Positions 19,959-33,600 of a DNA stretch of 64,000 bases are shown here, piece by piece. The translations under genes were made by a program, and so were the position numbers. The DNA is from Psammoneis japonica (taxonomy: Eukaryota), in the NCBI GenBank assembly GCA_008632985.1, contig QPGO01000029.1, positions 570,874 to 634,873 on the forward strand, in the 5' to 3' direction. Under the pieces are notes generated by a model. It saw nothing but the letters and a program-made list of their open reading frames with translations. It was not told where the DNA came from and made no database searches. The stretch's first letter is position 1. Every line of letters begins with the position of its first letter.

Positions 19959-22695
19959 CTGCTATCTAGTGAGAATCCTTGTGAGAGGTAAATAGTTTCA
20001 AGATGCGTGACCGTTTAAGTTTGTAACGACCATATCAAGCGTTTGTGAATCTGATTTAACACGGGAATTGCAAGTGCTCATCGCATTTAGAATGTACCCT
20101 CTCAATGTAATAGCAGCGAGGTCAATGGCAATCGTGAAACAAGACTTGTCTCTCCCATGCGGGAAGAATCCTTTCATCAATTCATCCGCAAGTTGGGAGG
20201 CTTGATCTTGATCTCGAGATTCTCGCTTTCGTACGAAACCTGTGCGGGGTGCTGATTTGCTTGGTTCTAAGGGTGAGTTTGGGCATCGGTGATCTTGAGA
20301 CACGATGAGTTGTCCTCATAGACAGCAAATGGAGGCAAGTTGCCAGGGATGGTGGCCACTGTCTTGGAAAGCCTTCAAGTGAGTGGACAGCTTGTTGTGC
20401 AGTGATTGGGTTGCTTGAAGAACACAGCCTGGACAGGGTGACTTGAGACTGCAGCGTGGCTGGACACCCAGAAAACCACGCATCCAGCACAGAGAAAACC
20501 AAACAACCAGCTCAGAACTTGACAGACATTGGGTTGTCATGCCTGTCTTCAACGCCAAAAAGTCAGGCAACTTCCAAATCCACATGGCAATCAACTTGTT
20601 GGTCCTTGGATGGGGGTGGAATGAGGCCTTGACCTGCAGCACCCTCAAGATGATGATGCAGAGTGTGCTTGGCTGCTGGAGCATGAGACAAGGCTTGTTG
20701 AGCACATGAGAGTCATGCAATGGCACACCAACTGCAGAGCAACATTTGATGTCTTTGTCAAAGAGAGAACCATCCGCATTTGCTCCAGCAGGTGCAGGCA
20801 CTCCATTGTTTTCTTCCATCTTGGTGGCACATCAGGGGACCTTCTCTCAAGCACACAAAACTTGTTCAACCTTCCTTGAGCACACCAGTCTTGAGGGAAG
20901 GTGAGTGGAGGACCCACTCATGGCAGGTGCAAGTGTCTTGAAATGACCAACGCCAAGTTGCTGCTGGAGAGGTTGCTGCAAGCACAATGACACCAGGCTT
21001 TCAGCAAGTTTGGCACACCATCAAGCAATCTTTTGAGCTTGACAGTCCTTGTGCCTGGCAATGCAGTCAAGTCAGGGGTGCAAGGTTCCACAGCCCAGGC
21101 TTGACAATGCAACAGAGCACCCACTTTGATTTCCATGGCCTTGACCCACTCATCTGCATCTCATCAAGAGTCAACCAACCACCCAGCAGCAGATTGGTCT
21201 TGTTCCAAAGGGACATGATTTGTGTCTCCTCCATTTTTCCTGCTCTTCCATTTTGACATCTGCATCAGATGGCCAATGCAGAAGCAGCGCATGAGCCTGC
21301 AAGAAGCACCATGTGAGCTGCAGCAAGCTCATTCCTTTCTTCAATCAATGTTGCACCACAGCACTGATGAGCTCAAGAGTGGGTTTTTGCTTGCAGCCTC
21401 TGTCCTGCCCATCACCCTTTGTGGCTCTCCGACCAGAGCTCCTCCAGATTGCCCCAGACTTGGCCAGCTCCAGCTCAAGGTCTGGTGCTTCTTGTGGCCA
21501 TGTAAAAACCCACCAGAGATGAGCTTGTTCAAGAGCATGTCAGTCACTGGAGGAGGACAGCAGAGGAGGTGAGAACAGCAGAGGGTGCAGTCAGCCCATT
21601 GATTGTGCTTGATCATGAACATGACAAATGCCAAAAATGAAAGTGGGTGGCATGAGACAGAGAACAGAGTTGTTGCTTTGCACTGAAATGGTGCTGCCTG
21701 TCTTTTGTCTGCCCACCACTTTCATCTTTTCAAAAAATGCTGCAAAACATGCTGCTGCATGGTGCTGCATGGCACCCAGTGCTTCTTTGCAACCCCTTCT
21801 ACCCTCCATCAGATCCCACCCACCCCTTCTGTGCTGCAGATTCCCACAATTGTTCCAAAGCAAATGTGAAGGAGGTTGATTGACAACAAAACCAATGACA
21901 AAAACAACAGCTGAGTGCAAGAAGATGAAGAACAACACAACCATGGCCACCTCATCATCCTCTTTTTTGACATCACATGTGGTTTGTTCTTGTGGTTTGT
22001 GTGGGCTGCGGTCTTCTTGACTCTTGTCAATCTGGCAGTCTTTGTGGAGGTGGGCTCCAGCAATTTTGGTGATTTTCTTTGTGGTGTCACCTTGTCAATG
22101 CCTTTTTTTGTGCAGTGGCCATTTTTGTCTGCCTGGTGCTTGCACTGTTGCACAGCCACAATCTTGGTGGGGGCAGTGTGGTGGGTCCAGGAAACATTGC
22201 CTGTGCTGGAGATGTGGAGCAGCAATGTGGCTTGAGAATGGCATTGGCAAAGATTGTGGCAGAGGAAGTTGCCAGCCATCACTTGGAGAAAATTTACCCC
22301 ATCACTGCAGCAACAATGAAGTTTTCATCCCAGCCAATGTGCTTCCAGGCAGCAGGCAAGATGACAGAGGGGCATGTCCTGGAAGAGGCCAACTGGGTGG
22401 TCGTCCCTGCATTTTGGGTGACAATTTGGGCAAATGTTGAACCAGGGGCTTTTGTGACAGTCCAAGTGGAAGCTGCTGCTGTGCTGTCCAGTCAAGCACT
22501 GGCACCAAAGGCACTTGCCAGGCTCGCCCACCCCAAGACACCAGCAAGTGAGGCAGCAGGTGTTTTGAACCAGGAACACTTCTGCGGAGGCTTCTGGTGG
22601 AGTTTTTGAACCATGCACTCTGGACCCTCCTGGACACAGCAGCTGGGGTTGAGGGTGTTGTTGTAATGCCATCACCAACATGTGCCAAGATGGCA

Positions 22696-22798
22696 CTCCA
22701 GTTCAAAGTTTTCTTGTTGTGACATTGTTGGTGTTTGCTCTCCTTGCTCCAGTTCAAAGTTTTTCTTGTTGTGATGTTGTTGGTGTTTGCTCTCCTTT
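22696..22798. repeat. Tandem duplication, ~51 bp x2
   Basis: ctccagttcaaagttttcttgttgtga(CA/TG)ttgttggtgtttgctctcctt occurs twice. Confidence 0.85.
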
Positions 22799-25700
22799 GA
22801 AGTGATGCAATTGAGGACCCTGCAACACTGTGGCGTGCTGTTGCAACATGTGCTCCTCCTTTTTGACAAAAGCCCACTTGGTGTGCATGTTTTGGGTTTG
22901 TTCAATCTTCAACCCTGTCACAGTGGCACCAGTTGGGGCTTGTCCCCTGTCAGGAAATCAAGGTGCACCCTGTGATGGACACAAGCTGTTGTGCCTCAAT
23001 GGAAGTTGCAATCCCAGCCAGAGGAGTGACGCCAATGCAATGGAGTGCTGCTGCAACAATGGCAGCAAGATGTGTGTTCCTGGCAGTGCCTTGGAGCTGG
23101 CTGGGTCACGGCACACCGGTTGGAGGCTTCTGTCCATCACCACTCAATGGTGTCCTGGGTTCACCCTGTGCCAACTGCCAATGGAACATGCCAGACAACC
23201 AGTTGCAACTCAGCTGTGGGAGGTGTGTGGTGGAGTGCTGCTGCAACAAAAGCACACAGGCCTCTTTGTGGCTAGTTTGGCACCCAAGAACTTGGCCAGG
23301 AGGGTGGCACATTCTCTGGGCTTGAGGGGATGGAAGGGGTGGAGAGACTCAGCCAGCCTGCACCATGATGGGTCTTTGTGCCTCTTGGTTGACTGTTGTT
23401 GCAACATGACCAATGCCACATGTGCACAAGGCCTGTCAGACCAGGAAGGTCATTGTGTTGCCAAACACCTCTTTGTCCCAAGTCCAAGATGAGCATGGCT
23501 GACAAGAGCAAAACAAAAACAAGGCATCATCAATTTGCTGCCACTGTGCTGTCTTCAATGATGGAGGCTTGTTGTTGACTGTGTGCAGACAACAGAGCTG
23601 GTGTCCTCCACAAGGCAGCAGCAGGACTCCTCCCTTTCATTTTGTTTGATGCATTGTGTTGTGACAAGTGACAAGCCCCTGCAAAACATCACAGTTGCTG
23701 TGGTGTTGCACAGACTCTCTGCTGTGACACACAGAGTGCATTGAAAAGAGAACAAATCTGTCATTGACCAAAGCAGTGACAGCTGATTCATGTGAGTTTC
23801 CAAGACCATTGTTCCTTGGTCTTCCTCCTCCTTCTCATTCATCCTTGTTTGTCATCATTGGCAGTGTGATCAAGAGAGAATCAGCAGCATCACCTGCAGC
23901 AAGACAAGGACTTCAGAGACCATTGCTTCAATGAATTGTTTTCATTGCAAATGTCATTGTCAACAGGGACCTTCTCTCATGGATGCTCCACTTGCACCAG
24001 CACCATTGCTGTTGGGAATTTTCCTTTTTCTCCAACTCATTGGCAATCCTTGAAAGATCACACTTGTCAGGCAGATCATGCTCCAATGAAGTCTGGCCAC
24101 CTGACAAGCAGTTGAGTCCTTTTGTGGCCACTGGAAAGTTTTGTGCCAAGACAAATGTTGGCCTCAGTGATTTGTTGCATGACCATGTTGGGTTTTAAGA
24201 TGCCACAAAGTCCACCAGTGCAGCCTGCAAATGCAAATGATCAAGATGTGCAGTGTGCTTGCTTTCTGTGCTCAGAGCCAAGCACATGGAGGTGCATCAG
24301 GGCTCTAAAAATTGGGTGCTGTTTGCAGCAGGAGAACAGAAGAAACAAAAGGGTCCAAGAGCAGTTCTGCACAGCAAACAATGAGCTGGGCACAATGCTG
24401 TCTTTGTGGCCATTGTTTCTGGGGTTGTTGGCAGGAAAATTTTCCCATTTGTCACAGTGCCATCTTCCTCTTGTCAGGCAGAAGAAACAGGAGCAGGGGG
24501 TGCATTCCAAAGGTGCCTGGGCCATCTTGACCAAATCATCATCACAGTCATTGTTGCCATCTGTTGAGGGTGGTGCCACCCTGTGCTTGGCAAGGCAAAC
24601 AGCTGCAATTTTTTTTTTGGCTGATGCCTGTTGCAACATCAGTGGTCCTGTTCTCTTCCTTGCTCAATGGCTGCTTGATGGTTGTTCCAGAGGTGGTTGT
24701 GAAAGACTTCCCTCTTCCCCTTCTTTTTGTTCTTCCTCTCTGATCCATCTTTGTGAGTGATGTCTTGTGCCAGAGCCAAAGCCAAATTCTGTCAGGGAAT
24801 CTTCCTGTGATGATGGACTTGGCCCAGCTGAAAACAGAGCAGAGATGCAGAGCTGCTGTTTTTCACATGGTGGCACAGCAGGGCCCACACCAGAAGATTG
24901 ACAGCTTGGTGCAAGACCAAAGAATCTCAAGAATTGACTTTGGGTCATTTTCAACAACCAGACAGTCTGCCTCATCAGCAGTCTTGGGATCACAGAAATC
25001 AAATCCATCCCAATGTGAACAGACAAAAAGGCAAGTTTTGATGCACACCTTCAAACTGTGCATTTTAAATTTCCACAAAAAAATGTCTTGTGCACTGCTG
25101 GGCAACATTGCCACATGACTCATGACAGCATCAAAGAAATCATTTGGGTTTTTGCAGAATTTTTGCAAAGTGCAGGCCAGAAATGACTTGACAGCAGCAG
25201 GAGCTTCAGCCTCAATGACATCAAAGGTCAAGCAGGGTGTCAGCCTGTTTTCCAAGTGGTCATCAGCTTCTGCAAAAGCAGCACTCTCCAACCAAGGTGT
25301 GAAAGTCTCCTTTTTTGACCACAGTTTGCTGCATGACCACACAAGTGAAAGTGACAGTGGCAGCCAGGTCAACATCAAAAGCATTGTCACATTTGGTGTG
25401 CCACATTCTGGCACATGATGCAAGAAGTTCACCAGCCCAGGATCCTCTGGCAGCTTGGTTGTTGGGCTGGTGTGCCAGGTGGAACACTGGCATCTAGATC
25501 AGCAACAGCTGAGTCAACAGATTGACAGAGGGGTTGTCATGATGATCTGGAGTGCAGCAACTCATTGTGTGGAGCTCAACTTTCTTGGCAGCTTTGCAGA
25601 TGCATTTGTTGTGTCATCTCCTTTTTTGACCATTTTCATCAGTGTGGGTGGCTTCCTTCTTGATGCACTGATCTGGGCTTGGGAGGCTTGAACTCTTGAA

Positions 25701-25849
25701 GCAAGGAACAAAACACACCTGCTCTCATCACATTGCAGAGTTGCGCTCCCCTGCTTTTTTGATGTGCATGGGCCCAAAGAGCTGGGCACACATTTTCTCA
25801 TCAACATGAGTTTGTGTGCCTGTGAGCTTTCATCAAGATTGCTGTTGCA

Positions 25850-26200
25850 GCATGCCCTTCCAGCATGAGTGCTGAAAAAGTGCAATTTGAAGGGGTGTCA
25901 TCCCTGTGGTCAAAGTCACTTTTAAACTTTCATTGGCATTGTGCTGCAGAGCAACAAGCAACACACATCTCTGTGCAACCCCACAGTGGCGCAGTGCAAG
26001 GCCAAAAACCCACGGCACACATGTTGTCAGTGACGTCAGTGGCACGTGTGTTGCTTGGAGGGGATTGAGGTGCCCACAGTGCACATCTTTGTCTGCATCA
26101 GCTCCTGACTCCAGCAACAGTTGCACCTTGCAGCCACAGTTCCTTGTTTTGCAGAGAACTGCAGGCAACAGAGGTGCTCCTCCTGAGCAGGCAGCAGGAC
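25850..26200 (-). pseudogene. Decayed ankyrin-repeat gene fragment
   Basis: PLLPAVLC...KVQLLLESGADADK...NPLQA and ALQHNAN...GMTPLQIAL resemble ankyrin repeats. Confidence 0.55.
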
Positions 26201-26602
26201 AGTTCATGCTCACGTTGGCTCCAGCGAGAAGAGCACAAAACAACAAACATCTTCTGGAGGATCCACCACAAACTGCACACCTCTGAGTCAAATGACCAAA
26301 TTCCTGAGTTCCCTGTCTAAATTTACAGCCAACAAATGATGCCAAACTCCAACTTCAACAAATGATGACTGCTCTGCTTGGCTGACAATGTGAGAGTGTT
26401 GAGAATTCCCGGTGCAGTGTGTTTGCAGGTGAGACCAGCCACTTCACAGTTGACAAATGAAGTTGAACCATGGGCTGTGGTGGCAGATGCTGCTGGTGCT
26501 GCAGCCTGCATTTTGGAGCTGCTGTGGCTGTGAAGTTCAGAAGTTTTGGGAGCAGCATGCCGAAAAGGCTGAACAAGTGGAGCGTGCTCTCGTCGATCCT
26601 GT

Positions 26603-26704
26603 GCCCCAAAACCACAGTGCGATGTGACACAGCTGCAGCAGTGTGGTGCAGTGCCCCCCAAAACCACAGTGTGATGACACAGCTGCAGCAGTGTGGTGCA
26701 GTGC
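26603..26704. repeat. Tandem duplication, ~50 bp x2
   Basis: ccccaaaaccacagtg(c/t)gatg..acacagctgcagcagtgtggtgcagtgc occurs twice. Confidence 0.85.
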
Positions 26705-27331
26705 TGTGACCTGGGGCACTTGGCTACTTGGGAAAGTGGTGGCGATGAAGACTGCAGTCATCTTGCCAAGCAACAGGTCCAAAGTTGCCATTGTGCGCAC
26801 AGCACTTCACACGCGCCACTTTTTCTCGGCCGTTTCCCCAGCCTGGGGCAACTGCTGAGCCCAGGCTGCCCATCCACCCTGCCAGAACATGCATCTCAGC
26901 TCCTCCCTCTTCACACAGTGCCTGCTTCTTTTGTTCACTTTTCTTCTCTGTGTTTCTTCAGTGTGACAAAGTGAGACTCTCACGTCGTCTCGTCATCATT
27001 GTGGCGATCTCCTTCGCTCTTCCGCGCGCTGGCCTCACGTTGTGCGCGTAAATATCTGGCGCATTTTCGTTATCAGTCTACGCAGTTTCTACATACACGC
27101 TTTACATACTGCATTTCACGTACATTCTAGCGACATGATGGACAAAACGAAGGCAAAGATCGAAGCACGCAGGAGCGGCCATGGCGAGCGCTGCCGCTTG
27201 TTCTGTGCATCAAGCATCAAAGTGAATTTGAAGAGGTCTGCCGAGAAGGATCATAAGTTCAGATCCCAAATCGCAATCGATATCAAACTTTCATACGACT
27301 CGATTGTTGGCGTCAACCAGATCAAAGTGCT

Positions 27332-30300
27332 ATGGCGTCATCGTTTGCGACCTCAACTTCTCATCCTTATGCGGCGAATCATCTCACTGCTCATACGTTG
27401 CCAATCCCTGGTCAGCAAGAACGACCAGCCGCCAATCGCAATGAAGGTCGCCCCGAAGAGCGTTCTCCCCCGTTCAATCCGTTGGCGCTCAGGGCGTCGG
27501 CTCTGCCTGACGGATTTCCTCCGGAATTGGCATACCGCGCCTTGGCAGCTTACTCCCTCCTTCGAACCTTGAGCTGCAAATTGCGCCTCTCGCCCTTTAC
27601 ACCCAACGTTTTCTTGCGAGCAATCTACTTACCATACCCGAACCGTTTGCTCGGCCATATACACGTGTGTCTGCTGCGTATACTGCTTCCGACTCTTGAT
27701 TTGGGCTATTCCTACCGCCAATGTGATCGCCACATGGTGAAACGAAAGCGGATCGAAGAACCCGACGGGGTTCGACAGATAACAGTTTTGTTGTCTGCAG
27801 GGGACAATCTTACCTATCTCGATGGACTGTCGTGGCCGCTTTTTCTCGACGACTATGCTCGTCTTACGGAATTTGATTTAAACAGGGCCATGAATGATCG
27901 TACACTGCATGTGGATTATCGAAGCATTGTTTTTCGATATGCTTTAGCGTCAGATACCGCCAATGACACGGACCAAGAGTCCGATGCAGAGCAGCCAATG
28001 GAAATCATTAACAAACCAACTTTAAATCCGGCTACCGATGATAGGAAAGCTGCGCCGAGAATAGGAAGAGGCAGGGGCCTCCCGACGCGTCAGAGGATCG
28101 CTTCCTCGAGAATGGCTTCCAGGAAGATTAAGCAAATTATTTCAGGCTTTGAATCTTCCGATAGTGAGAATGAGGCTGAAAGCGAGAGTGAAGTAAGTGA
28201 CTACGAAGACCAAGCCGGTAAAAGTCGCAATCGAAAACGGAAACGGGGTAAACAGCAGAAGGAACAAGAAGCTCGGGTACAAAAGAAGCGGCCACCTCCT
28301 CCTGCATCGTCACCAGGAAGCCGTGTGATTGATTTGACTGTGGCAAGTACTGAAGATTTTCCAAAAGCACTGTCAAGGGGGTTTGAACGTGCATCTCCGA
28401 GACCTGCTGTTGCTGCAACTCAATCAATGCCCGAAGAGCTAGCAAAAGCATTACAAATGGCAAAAGCTGCCACGAGCTTGCCGGGCAACGCACTTCCTGC
28501 GCCAGTGGCCGTTCTTCCTAGTGCAGGCACACCGTATAAACCAGCAGCACAACCGCGACCGACTGAGCTAGTTACGGGGAACGCTTTCAATCAGTATGGG
28601 TTGCCATCGACACCATATACTTTCAACGGACGTGCAAACTTACAACCGCATCTTGGGAACCCACTACCTAATAATCTCCAAAACGTCTTGCCATATTCAC
28701 TTGCGACTTTGGGTAATCAAAGCTGCGCGACGAGCAATCAACGACCGTTTGAAGGCACTCATGTGCCTCCTGCGCAAGCCGCCCAATTTATTTTGCCGCC
28801 GCTCCCGTCTCGAAGTGTCCCGAAACAGTCGTCACGAAAGTCACATTCGCTGGAGGCACCAAAGGCTGTTACGGATGAACTGCAGGATTTTCTGCAGGGA
28901 AAGACGAAAAAGGCTTCAAGCTCGGCTGCTCCCGCTGCAGCCCCGTCGCTTCCAATAATCACACCGAAACCTTTAGAAGAACGCAACGCGCCTCATGAAG
29001 ACAAGGAGAAGCCCAGTACTACAAGCGTGTCAACTATGGATGTGGTATCGATGCCTTCTACAAGTGAGCTACAAGTAAACAAGGCTGTCGAGGAAAGCAA
29101 GCCGCCTTCCGGCGAGGCGGATTCCGCAAAGGTTGTATCAAATGCGTCGCAGCACCAAAATGCTGGCACTCAGGCCGACACGACGGATAAGCAAGCTGCA
29201 CAAGCAAGCGAGCCAGGTGATATCCAATCCGTTGGCGAAGGCAACGATTCTACATCGTGGCCACACTTTGAGCCACTAGAAGAAATGAGAAAGGGTCGTC
29301 CCTATCACCGGTTATCAGTGGAACAAAAGTTGACTTTGTTGGAATTTCTTCTCGATGAAATCCTCACGGTAGACTTTATTGCCATTGAGTTGAATCGTCG
29401 GCAAGCTATCACGGACTGCTATGGATTCCCTTATGGGTCACTGCCTTCAACATCCGAGCTTAAATCGCTTGAAAACGAGGACAATTGCGGGATATGCGGT
29501 CTAGAAGGAGAGTTACTTTGCTGCGATGGGTGCACCGCCAGTTATCACCGACAATGCATTAATGTGGGCGCTGGTGTGCAAATGCCCGAGGGTATTTGGC
29601 TATGTCCCGAGTGCAAACTGAAAGACCCGGCACTTTTTGGACCGTTGCGTGCTGGACGCAAGGCTTCCCTTGATTGGTTCACCATGAAGGACTTGGTGAG
29701 TGCGTATGAGGAGCAGCGAGCAAAAACCGACGATACTAACCCACAGCAAGAAGCTGTCGGTCATTCAAAAGAGAAAGATTCTAGTGTTCCGGCTTTGGAC
29801 CCCACCAGGAACACTTGGCCAAATGGACAAGCTCTAAACAGCAGCTGTGATGTGACTGAGAGATCTGCCGATGGCCCGTCTATTGAGATGTTGCCTAGCG
29901 GTCAATCGGTCGAATCTACGGGAGAGGCGATTGCTGCAGGAGCGAATCAACACTTAAACGGGCTTCCGGGCCCGGGGCTTGCCCCCGTCGAGGATCGCAT
30001 CCCTCATCCCGTCGTCGACAAAGATTTCGAGGACTTGGAATTCCTCGTTGTCCATGGTTTTGTATTTAGTCGGAAGAAATCAAAGGATGAAACCGGCGAG
30101 GAAGGCATGCCCTTGGGTGTAAACTCGAACAATCAAAAGCGAAACGCAGCCTCTGTTGAAAACAAACCCTTAGTGCCCATGACCCCTAAGGATCTCAGCG
30201 CTTTTCTTGCGAAGCTTGACAGTCAGCTGAGCAAGAGTTGGCCATTGGTACAGATACCGATTCCCGTGAGGATTTCACTTTGTTCGCGGCACCAGGTCAG

Positions 30301-33300
30301 CTATGAACAATATTTTGCTTGGGCCGGGGATTTCGATCCGAATCTCTATTCAAGCAGGTATCGCCTCGCTCCTTATCCGCGGTCAGCACAACACAGATGT
30401 GTTGGCTCGCAGCTACAGCACCTCGTACAGTCAGAATACGAAACGGAGTGTGCCTACAATAACACACGTAAGCTGTCGTCGACGCTGTCGAGAGATATGT
30501 CCGCCGATTCTTTTATCGTAAAGCGGTTGTCTGCCAACACTGAACTCTACAACCCATATACTTTGCTTTCAAGTTATTTGTTAACGCTCGAAGAGCGATT
30601 GAAGATTTCCTACTTGATTCACGAGGCTTGGGACGTGAGTAGCAGAAGCAGAGGTGGCCTGACATGGTCGTCGAAAGTGACGAAATGTCGATCAGTAAAG
30701 CTTCTTGCGCGACTCCTTGTGCGACTTGTTGACTCGGCCAATTCTAGAGTATTTGTGAAGGATTGGTATAGAAATGCGACTTTTGCGTCAGTGAAAGGTG
30801 ACGAGGAGTCCGAAGATCGCACCTACATGCCGTTGCCATTTGATTGGACCCCTGAACGCGAAGTCACGAGAAGAAGCCTGGAACAATTAGTTTCGTTGGA
30901 TCGAATTTCTCTAAGCCGCCTTCGCACTCTACTTGGGGCTGATGAGTCCAGCAATTCTACTGGCGTTGGAGAGGCCAATCATGGAGCCGGGGTGTCAAAT
31001 ACAGGCAGCAGGAAACGTAAACACTCAAAGCCTCGAACGGGTCCTTCCAAACCAACTTATGTGGACAACCCGGAGTCCCTTCTCTCAAAAGCGACTCATC
31101 AATCGAAGGATAGCTCAGTGCCGAAACAGCAATCGATCCCAAAGTCTATTCCGACTGCTGCAGCAGTGCAAAGCGCAGCGCTGTCAGTGAGCAACGAAGG
31201 CTGCAAGTTAACGGAGCACTCGATTCCTTCGTCTAACCTGTCAGCCGCGCCAAGATCGGTCAATGAACCATGTCTATCTCTTGCCGAAAACCTTGGTCAG
31301 GCAGCGATTCAGGCGGTGTCATTGAAGGATAATGCAGAGGTGCATCTGAGCGAAAAAGTCGAGGACCCGTTTCCGCGACCAAGCATGTCAGCTATTCCAG
31401 TACCAGCTAGAAGCGATGCTGACGATTCTCTCCATGCTATAGTCGAACATGGAGACATGACTAACCAAGACCCACAGCAAGTCACACACCCTCCAACCGA
31501 TAAAGTTGATCTGGTTGTAGAACCGGAATCAACAGAAGCGACGGCCGCAACGAAAGCGATTGCAAATCGCCAGAAGGTTGAAGCCAAAGGAGACGGATCG
31601 CTTTCACGTACGCGTTCGCGACGATCAGGCCGGCTGAGAAGAAGCGTGGAACCTCTCGGACGAGGTCGATCAGCAACACAGAAAGCTCGACCAAGAGCAG
31701 ACAGTGCAGCCAATAGAGGGATTGGAATGGAAGCTTGGATTGCGTCGGAAAGATTGGCAAAGATGCAGATGCTTGAGGACATGGTGCTTCTTCCTTTTGA
31801 AAGGGAAGTACATTGGCCGCTTGCCGGGAGATCGTTGTTCGAACCGATTGGTAGCTTGCCGCCTCGTGAAATGAAGAGACTCGGAAGGAATGCAGGAATG
31901 GCTGTTGCTCCTTTCCTGACGTATAACGCTGCGTTCGAAGTAGGACAAGCGGCAGTCTGTCACGTCTGGCGAAAGAATACTCTTCAGTGTGACTCCTTTG
32001 AGAAGCTTCTAATGCAGATCCGAGTATTAGACTCCTTCATCGACAATTCGGTGAGTCATTTTACATTGCCAGCATTGCCTTGTGTGTAGTTCAATGTTAA
32101 TTCATTTCCCGTTGTCTGTTGCTTTCGGTCCCGCAGGTGATCAGCTCCTGCGAGTCTTTAGGTCGAAGGGGAACTGCCGCCAAATCGCATCAGCAGAAAG
32201 TAATTCGATGTACACTGCGGGACATGGCAACTGGCACCATTCAGTACTTTGTTGTGAACAAGGGAAAACAACGTGGATGCTGGGTTTCCGAGGAGTATGT
32301 GGATTTGTCTGCTCTCATCCTCGAGCGAGAGGCTCGTCGAAGGGAGGTGTTGGACCGCCTCAGGGAGAAATCGAAGGCTGGTTCACAGACTTCATCGGGC
32401 ACACACAACACCAAACCTAACGCACCGAAAGCTCCAAAGGAAACTAGCAATGTCGCAGCTCACGTGAAGCCTAACGAACCTGCACCAGCCCGCGTGAAGC
32501 CTTGCGAACAAGCGGCAGCTAATGTGAAGCCCTACCAACCTGCTGGCATCAATGAAACTCCCTCGCAGTCTGTCATGCAATCCATTGGTCAGCAGACTGC
32601 GACTCCGTACACGACCGAACAATTTGGGGTGGAAACTACGTTATTGTACCACGAAATGGAGACAGAAAAGTTGCTGATGAAATGTGCTGACCTTGGAATA
32701 GGCGTTCCGGACGCTGAAATGCAAGCCATGCGTGCCAAGCACATGAAACAACTGAAGGACTTTGCTGCAGTCGCTAAGGGAGCGGGTGCAGTGGATCGTA
32801 ACGAGCTTGTGGAGCTACTTATGAAAGCCGAAGAGACTGCAAACATTCGATATCAATCGGCCATGGCGAAGCGTCGAGCTCTTGAATATCAGCGACACGC
32901 AGAGAGACTGTATGCCGGTTCAAACATGATGCTGTCGAGCGCCAATGTGAATCAAGGTTTTCCAAGCAGTGGCCTGCCGCTTGCCAATAGCCAACTGGCG
33001 GGATTCCAACCTGCTCATTTGGGAGGGAATCTTCCCCTGCCATGGCAGCAACAGACGAATTCACAACTGGACACACAGAATACCAGCGCATTGCTCGCAG
33101 CAGCTTCTTCTTTGCCTACGCGAGATCAAAGTGCCTTCATAGGAGGCAACACACGAAGTTTGCATCAACCAACGCCTTCTGATCTGACGGCGGCCTACGC
33201 GGGCGGGCTTTCCGTCAATGCTGGAGCTCAAGAAAACCAATCTTTGCGTGGGACTGGGGGAGTCGAAAGCGAGCAGGCACTGCGTTCACTACAAGCTTAT

Positions 33301-33600
33301 AACTTGGGTCTGTCAACTTCTTATGATCGAGCGAACTTGTTGGCAGGAAACAGCAGTCTCGGCATCGTTACTGGGGCCATCCAGTCACAGAACAGTGGCT
33401 TACCAAATAGCTCGTACTTGCAGCAAGCCCTACTCGGCGGCAACCTGCAAGGGCATCTCGGGGGGAATATTCCGAATGGAACGATTTCAAACGTTGCGTC
33501 AGTAAATCCACCATCTAGTCAAACAAATGAATCATCGATGAGCGCAATGGATTGGGATCCACGTCCTTTGGAAGAGATGTCGAACGATCCACACGGGTAG
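27332..33600 (+). CDS. DDT-WHIM1-PHD chromatin protein (BPTF/PTM-like); intron 32051-32136
   Basis: DDT ALAAYSLLRTLSCKLRLSPFTPNVFL...LLGHIHVCLLRIL; LDGLSWPLFL; WHIM1 YHRLSVEQKLTLLEFLLDEIL; PHD CGICGLEGELLCCDGCTASYHRQC...WLCPEC; GTGAGT...CAG intron in phase. Confidence 0.88.

Larger units (their letters stand above)
20330..26970. other. TpA-erased, CpG-erased block B containing relics of decayed genes
   Basis: About a dozen TA in ~6.5 kb by hand count and very few CG. Many overlapping Tyr-free ORFs. Confidence 0.9.

Noticed and set aside
22696..26704. Short direct repeats as a CRISPR array
   Set aside because: Only two adjacent copies each, no spacers, no cas genes, and a eukaryotic context.
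20330..26970. Blocks as classical fungal RIP or as an alternative genetic code
   Set aside because: RIP increases TpA, the opposite of what is seen. The bias is frame- and strand-independent, so it is not a codon effect.
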